This document shows, one piece after another, positions 51,256-60,486 of a stretch of 64,000 nt of DNA (within the stretch, counting starts at the first letter, position 1; the number at the start of each line of letters is the position of its first letter). Below the pieces are notes generated by a model. The model was not told where the DNA came from. It saw nothing but the letters and a program-made list of their open reading frames with translations, and made no database searches. The DNA comes from an uncultured Candidatus Rokubacteria bacterium (GTDB lineage: Bacteria; Methylomirabilota; Methylomirabilia; Rokubacteriales; DASRDR01). The stretch lies in the NCBI GenBank assembly GCA_963805625.1, contig CAWDVE010000010.1, forward strand, positions 544,001 to 608,000. Direction: 5' to 3'. Position numbers and translations under genes: made by a program.

Positions 51256-52017
51256 TCAGCGTGATGGTTTGCGCGAGGCACGCTCCGGACGGTCGTCGAC
51301 GCGCCCCACGACGAGGCGTTCGACTCCCACCAGATGGGCCAGCATGGCCTTCTCGGCCCTCCGGGCGTCCTGGGCGATCACGGCCGCCAGGATGTGCCGG
51401 TGGTCGCCATGGGAGCGGACGGGCCGACCTGGCTGCGACAGGGATTCCTCGCGGCTCTGGGCCAACAGGTCCATCAAGGTGGTGACGATCCGTGTGATGG
51501 CGCGGTTGTGGGTCGAGTGCACGAGCGCCGTGTGGAACGCCGCGTCCTGGGCGAGGCCCGTCCGCCCGGCCGCCACCTCGGCGCTCTGCTCGTCGAGGAT
51601 CCGCGCCATGTCCGCCACCTCCTCCTGACTGGCCCGACGGGCGGCGAGCGCGGCGATGGGCGGCTCCAGGAGGCGGCGGGCCTCGTAGAGGTCCGCGATC
51701 GTCTCGCGCTGCGCCAGGATCACCAGCGCGAGCGGCTCGACCAGGGCCTCGACGGAGATCTCCCGGACGAAGGCACCCTCCCCGGGGCGGATCCCGATCA
51801 GGCCCCGGCTCTCGAGGGCCCGCATCGCTTCCCGGACGGACGTCCGGCTCACCCGGAACCGCTCCGCGAGGTCCCGTTCCGGAGGGAGCCGGTCCCCGGA
51901 CTTCAGGTGCCCGTCCGCGATCAGCAGCCGGATCTGCCGGACGATCTCCTCGTAGATCCGGGTGCTCCGCACCGGCTCCAGGCTCGGCCACTCGACGTCG
52001 GAGCGGCGGCGTGCCAC
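51256..52017 (-). CDS. GntR-family, FadR-subfamily regulator (GlcC/PdhR-like)
   Basis: GDRLPPERDLAERFRVSRTSVREA, EARRLLE, DAAFH, HRHIL, MLAHL; GGAGG before GTG. Confidence 0.9.
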   Translation of the reverse strand: MARRRSDVEWPSLEPVRSTRIYEEIVRQIRLLIADGHLKSGDRLPPERDLAERFRVSRTSVREAMRALESRGLIGIRPGEGAFVREISVEALVEPLALVILAQRETIADLYEARRLLEPPIAALAARRASQEEVADMARILDEQSAEVAAGRTGLAQDAAFHTALVHSTHNRAITRIVTTLMDLLAQSREESLSQPGRPVRSHGDHRHILAAVIAQDARRAEKAMLAHLVGVERLVVGRVDDRPERASRKPSR

Positions 52018-52033
52018 TCGGTTCCTCCGCGCC

Positions 52034-52762
52034 TCAGTGGCCAGATCCGGCGCGGGCGGCGACGACGGCTCGCCCGCGGTGGCGCGCCCACGCGCGGCCG
52101 ATGACGATGACGATGACCGCGAGTGACACCTGGACGGCGCGCTGCACCACCGGGTTCGGATGGCCTCCGAGCCAACCCTGCGCGACACGATCCCCGAGGA
52201 TCATCTCGCCGGCTACCCACCCGAGGATGGCCGCGCCGACGTCGACGATCCACCAGAACCGGGCCATTAGCCGGGCCAAGAGGCCGCTCCCCCAGATCAC
52301 GAGCGGGATGGACAGTCCCACGCCGAAGACGACCAGCACCATGTCGCCGTGGGCCGCTCCCGAGATCGCCAGGACGTTGTCGAGGCTCATGATCACGTCG
52401 GCAAGGACGATGATCCAGATCGCCTCGAGGAGCGTCGTGCCCTGGCGGACCGTCTCATGCTCCTCCGCCCTGTGGCCTTCCTGCGACAGGAGCTTGACGG
52501 CGATCCACAGCAGGACCGCCCCGCCTGACGCCTGGAGGAGAGGGACTCGCAGCAGAACACTGATGATCGCGATGAAGACGATGCGCAGGCCGACGGCGCC
52601 GACCGTTCCCCACAGGCGTCCCTGCCACTGCTGCCTCGCGGGCAGCTTCCGCACGGCCAAGGCGATGACGAGCGCGTTGTCGCCGGCCAGGGTGAGGTCG
52701 AGGATGACGATCTGGATCCACCGGAACCAGAATTCGGCGGTCGCCACCTCCGTCCAGTTCAC
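52034..52762 (-). CDS. TerC/YjbE-family membrane protein
   Basis: DLTLAGDNALVIALA, ADVIMSLDNVLAI. Confidence 0.9.
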   Translation of the reverse strand: MNWTEVATAEFWFRWIQIVILDLTLAGDNALVIALAVRKLPARQQWQGRLWGTVGAVGLRIVFIAIISVLLRVPLLQASGGAVLLWIAVKLLSQEGHRAEEHETVRQGTTLLEAIWIIVLADVIMSLDNVLAISGAAHGDMVLVVFGVGLSIPLVIWGSGLLARLMARFWWIVDVGAAILGWVAGEMILGDRVAQGWLGGHPNPVVQRAVQVSLAVIVIVIGRAWARHRGRAVVAARAGSGH

Positions 52763-53571
52763 CGGACCGGCCTCCGGAACACCTTGACCTCGCTGGACAC
52801 CTGGATCACGCCCGATGCCTCGCGAGCGACGGCGAGCGCCCCCTCGCGCTCGGCCTCCGATCCGACCACGCCCGCCAGACGCACGTGCCCCTCCGCCACC
52901 TGGATGTCCACATCCACCTGGGCCGTCGCCGCCGTCGCCTTCATGATCGCCCGAACGCGCGCCGCGAGGGCCCGGTCGGACAGCATCTGCCGCGAGGCCC
53001 GCGTGGGCTGAAACTCCGCCGAGGCCACCAGCCCGAGGACCTGCTCGACGGCCGTCATCACCCCGATGGTCTCCGTGTTGATGACGAGATCGTACAGGAG
53101 GGGGTCGGTCCAGTCGACATCGAACATCTGTCGCATGCGCGCCCGGACGCCGTCGTCGTACGCCGCGATCCGGTGCGTCGCCTCGGCATCGTCGATCCCG
53201 TGCCGCTCCATCACACGCCGCGCCCGGACCGCCGGCGGCGCGCAGACGCGCACGCGCGCCGCGTGCGAGATGCCGCGGAGGAAGAGCGTCGACCAGCGGC
53301 CGACGAGGACCACGCGATCCTGGAGAGCCGCCTCGAGCACGGCCGCCTCCAGGTAGGCGCGGTAGCGGACTCGCGGCCGGCGCAGGCGCTCGACCAGACC
53401 GGGAGCCTGCTCCACGATGCCGACGAGGCGCGACTCCCGAACCCGGTACTCTCTGGCCGCGTCCCGCAGGATGTCGTTCCGCAGGAACTGGTAACCGAGG
53501 CGACGCGCGACTTCGTGTGCGATGAGGGAGCCGAGGCTCCCCATCTCCCGCGTCATCGCGACCACCGGCAT
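52759..53571 (-). CDS. Cytidylate-kinase-like protein with C-terminal BON domain
   Basis: TREMGSLG, VLVGR, DPLLYDLVINT; BON: SDRALAARVR...GHVRLAGVV...GVIQV. Confidence 0.8.
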   Translation of the reverse strand: MPVVAMTREMGSLGSLIAHEVARRLGYQFLRNDILRDAAREYRVRESRLVGIVEQAPGLVERLRRPRVRYRAYLEAAVLEAALQDRVVLVGRWSTLFLRGISHAARVRVCAPPAVRARRVMERHGIDDAEATHRIAAYDDGVRARMRQMFDVDWTDPLLYDLVINTETIGVMTAVEQVLGLVASAEFQPTRASRQMLSDRALAARVRAIMKATAATAQVDVDIQVAEGHVRLAGVVGSEAEREGALAVAREASGVIQVSSEVKVFRRPVR

Positions 53572-53587
53572 CCCGAGGCTCCTCCGC

Positions 53588-55102
53588 TCAGGTGCGGGTG
53601 GCCTCGGACGGTCTCAGCCGAGGACGCCGCATCAGCGGACCGAGAACGGGCAGCAGGAACAGCATGAGCGCCGCGGCGGTGATGACGGCGGCAATGGGGC
53701 GTGTCGCGAAGATGAGCACGGAGCCCTGCGACATGATCAAGCTCTGCCGGAGCGCGTTCTCCGCCATGTCGCCCAGCACCAAGGCGAGCACCAGGGGTGC
53801 CAGCGGATAGTCGAGCTTCTTGAAGACATACCCCAGGACCCCGAAACCCAGCATGTACCAGACGTCGAGCATGCTGTTGCTCACCGTGTAGGCGCCGATC
53901 GCGCAGACGAACACGATCAGCGGGACCAGGATGGCGAAGGGGATGCGGAGGATCGCCGCGAACGCCGGCACGCAGAAGAGCACCATGAGCACGCCGATGA
54001 CGTTCCCGGTGTACATGCTCGCGATCAGCCCCCACACGAACTCGGGCTTCTCGACGAACAGCATGGGCCCGGGCTGGAGGCCCCAGATGAGGAGCCCGCC
54101 GAGCATCACCGCCGCGGTCGGGGACCCGGGGATGCCCAGCGTGATCATGGGCAGCATCGCGGCGACTCCCGCCGCGTGAGCCGCCGTCTCCGGGGCCACG
54201 ACCCCTTCCAGCACGCCCGTGCCGAACTTCTCCGGGTGCCGCGAGAAGCGGCGGGCGAAGCCGTAGCTCATGAACGAAGCGGGGGTGGCGCCGCCCGGCT
54301 TGAACCCCATCCAGAAGCCGATCATCGAGCTCCGGAGGAACGTCCGCCAGTACCCGGCCAACTCGCGCCACGTCGCCACCATGTCCCGGAACCGCACCCG
54401 GGGCGTCACCCCGCGGAACCGGAGCCCTTCCTCCACGGTGAGGAAGATCTCCCCCAGCCCGAACAGGCCGATCACCGCGACGATGAACGACACGCCGCGC
54501 ATGAGCTCGATCGAGCCGAAGGTGAGCCGGAGCCGCCCGGTGACGACGTCGAGGCCGATGGCTCCCAGGATGAAGCCGAGCACGATCGACGCGAACGACT
54601 TGACCGGGCTGCCGCCTCCCAGTCCGATGAAGCTCGAGAAGGTCAGGAGCTGGATGGCGAAGAATTCCGGCGGTCCGAACTTGAGCGCGAGCTCTGCCAA
54701 GGGCTGGGCGAAGAAGGAGACGAGCACGATGGCGAACAGCGCGCCGACGAAGGACGACGTGAATGCCGCGGTCAGCGCCTGAGCGCCCTTCCCCTGCTTC
54801 GCGAGCGGGTATCCGTCGAGCGTCGTCGCCACCGACCAAGGCTCGCCGGGGATGTTGAACAGGATCGACGTGATCGCTCCACCGAAGAGCGCGCCCCAGT
54901 AGATGGAGGTGAGCAGGATAATCGCGGACGTCGGCGACATCGTGAACGTCAGCGGGAGCAGGATGGCCACGCCGTTCGCCCCGCCCAGCCCCGGCAGGAC
55001 GCCGATGATGGTGCCGAGTACGATCCCGATCACCGCCATGACGAGGTTGAACGGCATGATCGCGACCTGGAATCCGAGTAAGAGGTGCTCGATGCCTGCC
55101 AT
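53588..55102 (-). CDS. tctA: Tripartite tricarboxylate transporter large permease TctA
   Basis: GVLPGLG, FGGAITSILFNIPG, DGYPLA, APETA, LGIPGS, GLQPGP. Confidence 0.93.
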   Translation of the reverse strand: MAGIEHLLLGFQVAIMPFNLVMAVIGIVLGTIIGVLPGLGGANGVAILLPLTFTMSPTSAIILLTSIYWGALFGGAITSILFNIPGEPWSVATTLDGYPLAKQGKGAQALTAAFTSSFVGALFAIVLVSFFAQPLAELALKFGPPEFFAIQLLTFSSFIGLGGGSPVKSFASIVLGFILGAIGLDVVTGRLRLTFGSIELMRGVSFIVAVIGLFGLGEIFLTVEEGLRFRGVTPRVRFRDMVATWRELAGYWRTFLRSSMIGFWMGFKPGGATPASFMSYGFARRFSRHPEKFGTGVLEGVVAPETAAHAAGVAAMLPMITLGIPGSPTAAVMLGGLLIWGLQPGPMLFVEKPEFVWGLIASMYTGNVIGVLMVLFCVPAFAAILRIPFAILVPLIVFVCAIGAYTVSNSMLDVWYMLGFGVLGYVFKKLDYPLAPLVLALVLGDMAENALRQSLIMSQGSVLIFATRPIAAVITAAALMLFLLPVLGPLMRRPRLRPSEATRT

Positions 55103-55109
55103 CGCGCCC

Positions 55110-55574
55110 TCAGTAGCCGAGCCGGGCCTCGAGGGGCCCCTTCGGCAGAGGCACCAGGAACCAGACCTCGAAGATGAGGAAGGTCGCCACGGGGACCCCG
55201 ATCGCCACGAGGACAATCGTCACCCAGCGGTGTCGGCCGATCCACCGCATGTAGGCTGCCAGGTAGAGCGCGCCGCTCAAGTACAGCCCGAGGCCGTGCG
55301 TGAGGACTATCATCGCGACCGCAGGAAAGAAGACCGTCGCCACCGAGCGGAGCTGGCCGGGTCCCACGAACAGCGCGACGTCGTGAGTCCGTCGGACCGC
55401 ACCGGCGACGACGAGCACGGCCGACACGAGAAGGGCCACCCCCAGGTAAAACACGAAGAAGCCGGGCTGCGGGCCGTCGGTACTCCAACCGATGCCGAGC
55501 CGCAGGCCCTCGACGAGGACGACGATCGCGACGACCGCCAGGAAGACCCCACAGACGATGTCAGCCGTGCGCAC
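55110..55574 (-). CDS. tctB: Tripartite tricarboxylate transporter small permease TctB
   Basis: GPQPGFF, FEVWFLVPLPKG; 4 TM between tctC and tctA. Confidence 0.88.
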   Translation of the reverse strand: MRTADIVCGVFLAVVAIVVLVEGLRLGIGWSTDGPQPGFFVFYLGVALLVSAVLVVAGAVRRTHDVALFVGPGQLRSVATVFFPAVAMIVLTHGLGLYLSGALYLAAYMRWIGRHRWVTIVLVAIGVPVATFLIFEVWFLVPLPKGPLEARLGY

Positions 55575-55682
55575 GCGGTCTGTCTCCTCGATGGTCGTCC
55601 GGGTCGCGGACCGGGGTCGGCGTCGGCGCGCTGGCCGCTGCGCGGCACCTCCTCGACGGCCGGAGGCGCCGCGCCGGCGAGG

Positions 55683-56684
55683 CTACTTCAGCAGGCCGCC
55701 CTTGCTCATGAGGTCCTTGTGCAGCGACTCCGCGCTCTCCAGCCACTTGACGAACTCCGGTCCGGTCTGCCACGCAGGGTTCAGGGCGCCTTGCGCGAGA
55801 TACTCTTTGAACTCCGGCGTCTCGTAGACCTTCTGCAGCATCCCCTGGTAGTAGGCGACCGCCTCCGCCGGCATGCCCGGCGCCCCGAAGATGCCGCGCA
55901 GCATCAGGTAGCTGATGTCCGTCCCCAGGGCCTCCTTGATCGTCGGGATGTCTCCCCAGCCCGGCGCGGCCAGGCGCTTCGTGTCGAACACTCCCAGCGG
56001 GCGCACCCGGCCCGCCTTCAGATGCCCGACGCACTCGATCGGATTGTTCACCGTCGAATCCACATGGTTGCCGACCAGGTTGACACAGACTTCCCCACCG
56101 CCCTTGAACGGCACGTAGATGAACTTGATCCCCAGCGCCTGCTCGAGCTGAATCGTGATGATCTGGTCTTCCTGCGCGGTCCCGGTACCGCCCATCTTCA
56201 TCTTGCCGTCACCACCCGAGGCTTCCTTAACCGCAGTGATGTAATCCTTGGCGATCTTGAAGTCCTTCTTGTCGGGGCGGTCGGTGTTGACCCACAGGAT
56301 GAACTCGTCGAGCGCGAGCCGGGCGACGGGCGTCAGGTCCTTCCAGTTGAACGGCACCCCGGTGTGGAGAGGGGTGGTGAAGAGGTTCGACAGTGTGATG
56401 ATGATCGTGTGGGCGTCGCCGGACTTGGCCTTCACGTACGTGAAGCCCTCGGCACCGGCCCCGCCGGCCTTGTTCACCACGACGAGCGGCCGCGGCGACA
56501 GCTTGTACTTCTCCACGAGCGGGGCGATCAAGCGCGCCATCTGGTCGGCGCCGCCGCCCGTCCCTGCGGGAACGATGAATTCCACCGGTTTGGTCGGCTC
56601 CCACGCCTCCGCGGAGCCGGCAAGGCCTCCCAGTATGGTGAGTCCCAGGACCACGAGGGCGGCGGTCATCACTCGATGAGCCAT
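55683..56684 (-). CDS. tctC: TTT substrate-binding protein TctC (Bug family)
   Basis: Signal peptide, PTKPVEFIVPAGTGGGAD, NKAGGAG, YVPFKGGG. Confidence 0.9.
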   Translation of the reverse strand: MAHRVMTAALVVLGLTILGGLAGSAEAWEPTKPVEFIVPAGTGGGADQMARLIAPLVEKYKLSPRPLVVVNKAGGAGAEGFTYVKAKSGDAHTIIITLSNLFTTPLHTGVPFNWKDLTPVARLALDEFILWVNTDRPDKKDFKIAKDYITAVKEASGGDGKMKMGGTGTAQEDQIITIQLEQALGIKFIYVPFKGGGEVCVNLVGNHVDSTVNNPIECVGHLKAGRVRPLGVFDTKRLAAPGWGDIPTIKEALGTDISYLMLRGIFGAPGMPAEAVAYYQGMLQKVYETPEFKEYLAQGALNPAWQTGPEFVKWLESAESLHKDLMSKGGLLK

Positions 56685-56699
56685 GGAGCCTCCTTCTTT

Positions 56700-56734
56700 G
56701 GAGGTTCTTGGAAGTTCAAGGAGGTTCTTGGAAG
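56700..56734. repeat. 15-bp direct repeat x2 upstream of the tctC RBS
   Basis: GGAGGTTCTTGGAAG at 56700-56714 and 56720-56734. Confidence 0.8.
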
Positions 56735-56760
56735 GTCTGGGGAGAAGCTGGCCAAGGCCC

Positions 56761-56808
56761 GAGATGCAAGAAGGGCCGCCAGCAGCCTGGCGGCCCTTCT
56801 TGCATCTC
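56761..56808. terminator. Perfect 22-bp stem hairpin between oorB and tctC (terminator or mRNA stabiliser)
   Basis: GAGATGCAAGAAGGGCCGCCAG-cagc-CTGGCGGCCCTTCTTGCATCTC. Confidence 0.7.
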
Positions 56809-56847
56809 CGACGACGACGGCAGTGTCATCGCCTCCGCGTCACGCCG

Positions 56848-57873
56848 CTACGTTGGTAGCGGAATCTGCGAGGGCGCCTTGCGGAACGACACGACGCCCG
56901 GGATCTCCCAATTCTCCCACATCTCGTCGACCTTCGCCTGGAAGTACGCCAGGTCCCCCTCGGTGAAGTGCGCGAAGCGGCCCTGCTTGAGCAGGTACTC
57001 CCGGACGGGCTTCCGCTTCCGCCCTTCCACGATGGACTTGGTCTTACCGTAGTACTTCACGACCCCATCCTCGACCTCGTACAACGGAAAGATCCCGGTC
57101 TCCACCGCCAGCTCGCCGAGCTCGTGGGAAAGCATCGGGTCGTAGTCCCACCCCTTCGGGCACGGATCGAGCGAGTGGATGAACGTCGGCCCGCCGATGG
57201 TCAGCGCCCGGCGCACCTTGTTCATCATCTCCACGGCGTAGGAGGCGCACACGGTGGCCACGTAGCGGCACTCCGGATGACCGGCGGCCAGCATCCCGGC
57301 CATGTTCTTCTTCCAGCGGGTGTGGATGATCCGCTTGACGGCTCCGGGCGGGCTGAACGTCGTGTGAGCGCCGTACGGCGTCATCCCCGACAGCTGGATG
57401 TCGGTGTTGGCGTAGGACTCGTTGTCGTAGAGCAGGATCAGGGAGTTGTACTCCTTGTGGGTCAAGGTCGCGGAGATCGCGCCGAGCCCCATGTCCGCCC
57501 CACCCCCATCGCCGCAGAACGCGATGACGTTGATCGGCTCGGACTTCATCTTCCCCTTCTTCATGAGCGACTTGAGGCCTGCCGCCGTCCCGAGCGCCGC
57601 CGATCCCGACGAGCCGAGCTGCGTGTGCATCCATGGCACCACCCACGGCGTGGTGTAGTAGGTGGTGTTCGCGACGTACATGCACCCGGTCGAGCCCAGC
57701 ACGATCGTGCGCGGCCCGGACGCCTTCACCATCAGCTTCATCACGAGGGCCGACTCGCACCCCTGGCACGTCCGGTGGCCCGAGGTGAAGTACTCCTCGA
57801 TGGTGACCTTCTTGACGCCCTTGAAGGGCGACAGCATCTGCGTGTCGTTCGTGAACGTCGTGGTATCTGCCAT
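56848..57873 (-). CDS. oorB: 2-oxoacid:ferredoxin oxidoreductase beta (TPP-binding) subunit, oxalate-oxidoreductase-like
   Basis: GHRTCQGC, TGCMYVANT, GDGG, YDNESYANT, PCPKGW. Confidence 0.8.
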   Translation of the reverse strand: MADTTTFTNDTQMLSPFKGVKKVTIEEYFTSGHRTCQGCESALVMKLMVKASGPRTIVLGSTGCMYVANTTYYTTPWVVPWMHTQLGSSGSAALGTAAGLKSLMKKGKMKSEPINVIAFCGDGGGADMGLGAISATLTHKEYNSLILLYDNESYANTDIQLSGMTPYGAHTTFSPPGAVKRIIHTRWKKNMAGMLAAGHPECRYVATVCASYAVEMMNKVRRALTIGGPTFIHSLDPCPKGWDYDPMLSHELGELAVETGIFPLYEVEDGVVKYYGKTKSIVEGRKRKPVREYLLKQGRFAHFTEGDLAYFQAKVDEMWENWEIPGVVSFRKAPSQIPLPT

Positions 57874-57887
57874 GGTCTTCCTCCCCG

Positions 57888-59123
57888 TCACTCGCGCACA
57901 CCGAGCCAGTAGGTCGCCCGCTCCGTCCGGCCCGCGTTCGCCGCGGCGTAGCAGATGTCCACCGCCTTGTTCACGTCCTCGAGCGTGACCTCACGCCCGC
58001 CGAGGCCGCAGATGAAGCCGATCAGCGGGGGTCGATGTTCCGCGTTGTAGAGCGCCGCCCGGACCTCGTTGGCGACGACGCCGGAGCCGAACGGCGATCC
58101 GAACGAATAGTCCCGGTCGATGACCCCGATCGCCTTCGCGTGCCGGAGCGCCTTCGCCAGCTGCTCGTACGGGAATGGCCGGAACCACCGCAGCCGGATC
58201 AGGCCAACCTTCTTCCCTTGCTTGCGCAGGCTCCGGATCGCCACCTTGACCGGCAGCGATAGGGTCCCCATCCCCATCAAGATGATCTCGGCGTCCTCCG
58301 TCATGTACTCCTCGAACCAGGGGTTCTCCGGCCCGCGCCCGAATGTGTGACGGAAGTCGGCGTACACCTCCTCGATGACGCTGTACGCGCGCTTTATCGC
58401 CTCGTCGTTCTGGCGCCGGATCTCGATCACCCAGTCCTCGTTCACCTGCGGCGCCACCGTGATCGGGTTGTCCGGGTGGAGCAACAGGTCCCCCCGGTTG
58501 TACGCTGGCAGGAACCGCTGCACGCGCTCTTGCGGAGGCACCCGCGTGATCGTCTGGGAGTGCGTCAGGAAGGCGCCGTCGGCCGAGATCGCGATCGGCA
58601 GGAGGATCCGCCGATCCTCCGCCACGCGATATGCGATGAGCGTCGTGTCGAGGGCTTCCTGCGCCGTGTCGATCCATACGAGAAGCCACCCGAGATCACG
58701 TACGGACAGGGCGTCGTTGTGCTCCACCCCGAACGCGCCCGGATCGTCCAGCGCGCGGTTCCCAACGAGTGCCACCAAGGGAACGCGGAGGGCGGGGGTG
58801 ACAGTGATCGCCTCCATCGCGTACATCCAGCCCACGCCCGAGGACCCGCAGAAGACGCGCGCGCCCACGGTGGACGCGTGCTTGACGATCTCGAACTGGC
58901 TGTGCTCGCCCTCGGCGACGATGTACTCGGCGACGAGCTTGCCGTTGGCGATCTTCTTCGCGATCGCCTGCATCACCGTGTCGTAGGGCCGGATCGGATA
59001 GGCGGTGACGACGTCGATGTCGGCCAGCGTGAGGGCCTCGGCAACAGCCTCGCTGCCCGAGATCAGCATCTCCGTCTCGTCGAGGACCGCCGCACCCCCG
59101 GCGGGCTTGGTCGCGACTGCCAT
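57888..59123 (-). CDS. oorA: 2-oxoacid:ferredoxin oxidoreductase alpha subunit, oxalate-oxidoreductase-like
   Basis: YPIRPY (not YPITP), EGEHSQ, GSSGVG, NRALDDPGAFG, RPFP, GLGGR. Confidence 0.8.
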   Translation of the reverse strand: MAVATKPAGGAAVLDETEMLISGSEAVAEALTLADIDVVTAYPIRPYDTVMQAIAKKIANGKLVAEYIVAEGEHSQFEIVKHASTVGARVFCGSSGVGWMYAMEAITVTPALRVPLVALVGNRALDDPGAFGVEHNDALSVRDLGWLLVWIDTAQEALDTTLIAYRVAEDRRILLPIAISADGAFLTHSQTITRVPPQERVQRFLPAYNRGDLLLHPDNPITVAPQVNEDWVIEIRRQNDEAIKRAYSVIEEVYADFRHTFGRGPENPWFEEYMTEDAEIILMGMGTLSLPVKVAIRSLRKQGKKVGLIRLRWFRPFPYEQLAKALRHAKAIGVIDRDYSFGSPFGSGVVANEVRAALYNAEHRPPLIGFICGLGGREVTLEDVNKAVDICYAAANAGRTERATYWLGVRE

Positions 59124-59157
59124 GGACATCCTCCTCGTCTGTTGGCGTCCGTCGGGG

Positions 59158-60435
59158 TTAGGCGCCCGGCGCTTCGGGCACGCCGGTCACGATCGACGCC
59201 GTGTCGTGGATGTGTCGCTTCGGCTGGACACCCTTGCTCTTCGCGTTCTCGCCGGGAATCCCCTCGGGCACGGGCATCCCGCCCAGCTCGATCTCGCCCT
59301 GGGAGAGCTCCTCCTCGTACTGGCCCCGGTAGCGGAAGCCGTGCGAGCGCACGGTCGTGACCTTGTCGCGGATCTTCTCGGTGGACCAGACGCGGTAGGC
59401 GTCCTTGTCCTGGCGCCACATCTCCCACTGGCTCTGGTTGTCGTCGAAGGCGGCCTCGTTCACCATCGTGATGCAGTCCTTCACGGGGCAGACCGCCTCG
59501 CACACCCCGCACCCGCAGCACGCCTCCATGTTGGCGTCGTACAGCCCGTCCGGCGTTACGTCGAACACGCTGTCCGGGCACTGGATCCAGCAGAGCGTGC
59601 ACTTGACGCAGGTGTCGAAGTTCACGACCGGTCGCATCGTGCGGGTCGTGAACTTCTTGAAGTAGGGATTCCGCTCGGGCCGGTACCCCTTCCCGCCCTC
59701 GACCGGCTTGCCGACGGGAATGGCCGGGATGGTCACCCCTTCGCGCATCTCCCACCACTTCGGCATCTCGAAGGAGAACGGGACCTCGTCATTGCCTTCG
59801 TTCATCTGGATGCGCCGCCCGTCGACTCGCTCGTAGGCCTTGCGCGCGGACTCGGCCTTCAGCTCCGAGCCCCATTCGGCCTCCCGGATGGCCGCGCACA
59901 CCGCCTCGATGTCGAGGAACCCCGACGCGATCTTGGCCAGGGCTCCGAGGAGACGCGCCTCCGTGTGGTCTTCCTTGAAGACCCAGAGACCCGAGAACGA
60001 GGCTTTCGCAGGCAGGATCCAGAGGTGGTACGGCGAATCCTTCTTGTGGATGTCCCGGAGGAGCTCGCTCGGCGACCGCGTGGACGTCACGAGCAGATGC
60101 CCGCCCGAGAGGAGGAGACGGTTGATCGGCTGGAGCCCGTACCACGCCCACGACTCCACACCCTTGCAGAGGGTGTCATCCACGCAGATCGTGACGTGGA
60201 GCTCCTTCGGCTGGTAGCGAGCCATGTGCTGCTCGAGCTCCTCCTTGGTGTCCGCCACGATCGCGAAGTCCTTGGCCGGGATCCCGTTTCGCTGCGGGCT
60301 GTCGCCGTACCGTCCGAACGCGATCCCCCATCGCCCGGCCTTCCGGGACGAGAGCACGATCCCGCGGGTGATCCGCGCGGCGAGGTTCTTCTGGAAGATG
60401 CCCCGGTAGACCACCTCGACGGTGAGATGCGCCAT
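59158..60435 (-). CDS. oorD: 2-oxoacid:ferredoxin oxidoreductase gamma-delta fusion (2x[4Fe-4S])
   Basis: Gamma-like N-terminus (YGDSPQR), CVKCTLCWIQCP and CCGCGVCEAVCP; GGAGG before ATG. Confidence 0.78.
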   Translation of the reverse strand: MAHLTVEVVYRGIFQKNLAARITRGIVLSSRKAGRWGIAFGRYGDSPQRNGIPAKDFAIVADTKEELEQHMARYQPKELHVTICVDDTLCKGVESWAWYGLQPINRLLLSGGHLLVTSTRSPSELLRDIHKKDSPYHLWILPAKASFSGLWVFKEDHTEARLLGALAKIASGFLDIEAVCAAIREAEWGSELKAESARKAYERVDGRRIQMNEGNDEVPFSFEMPKWWEMREGVTIPAIPVGKPVEGGKGYRPERNPYFKKFTTRTMRPVVNFDTCVKCTLCWIQCPDSVFDVTPDGLYDANMEACCGCGVCEAVCPVKDCITMVNEAAFDDNQSQWEMWRQDKDAYRVWSTEKIRDKVTTVRSHGFRYRGQYEEELSQGEIELGGMPVPEGIPGENAKSKGVQPKRHIHDTASIVTGVPEAPGA

Positions 60436-60486
60436 GCACGGCCTCCTGCGGGCCCCGACGAGCACGGGACCCTGCTAGCGGTATAG

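Noticed and set aside
56700-56808. Direct repeats and hairpin as a mini-CRISPR or MITE
   Set aside because: Only two 15-bp units with a 5-bp spacer, no cas genes, no target-site duplication seen.
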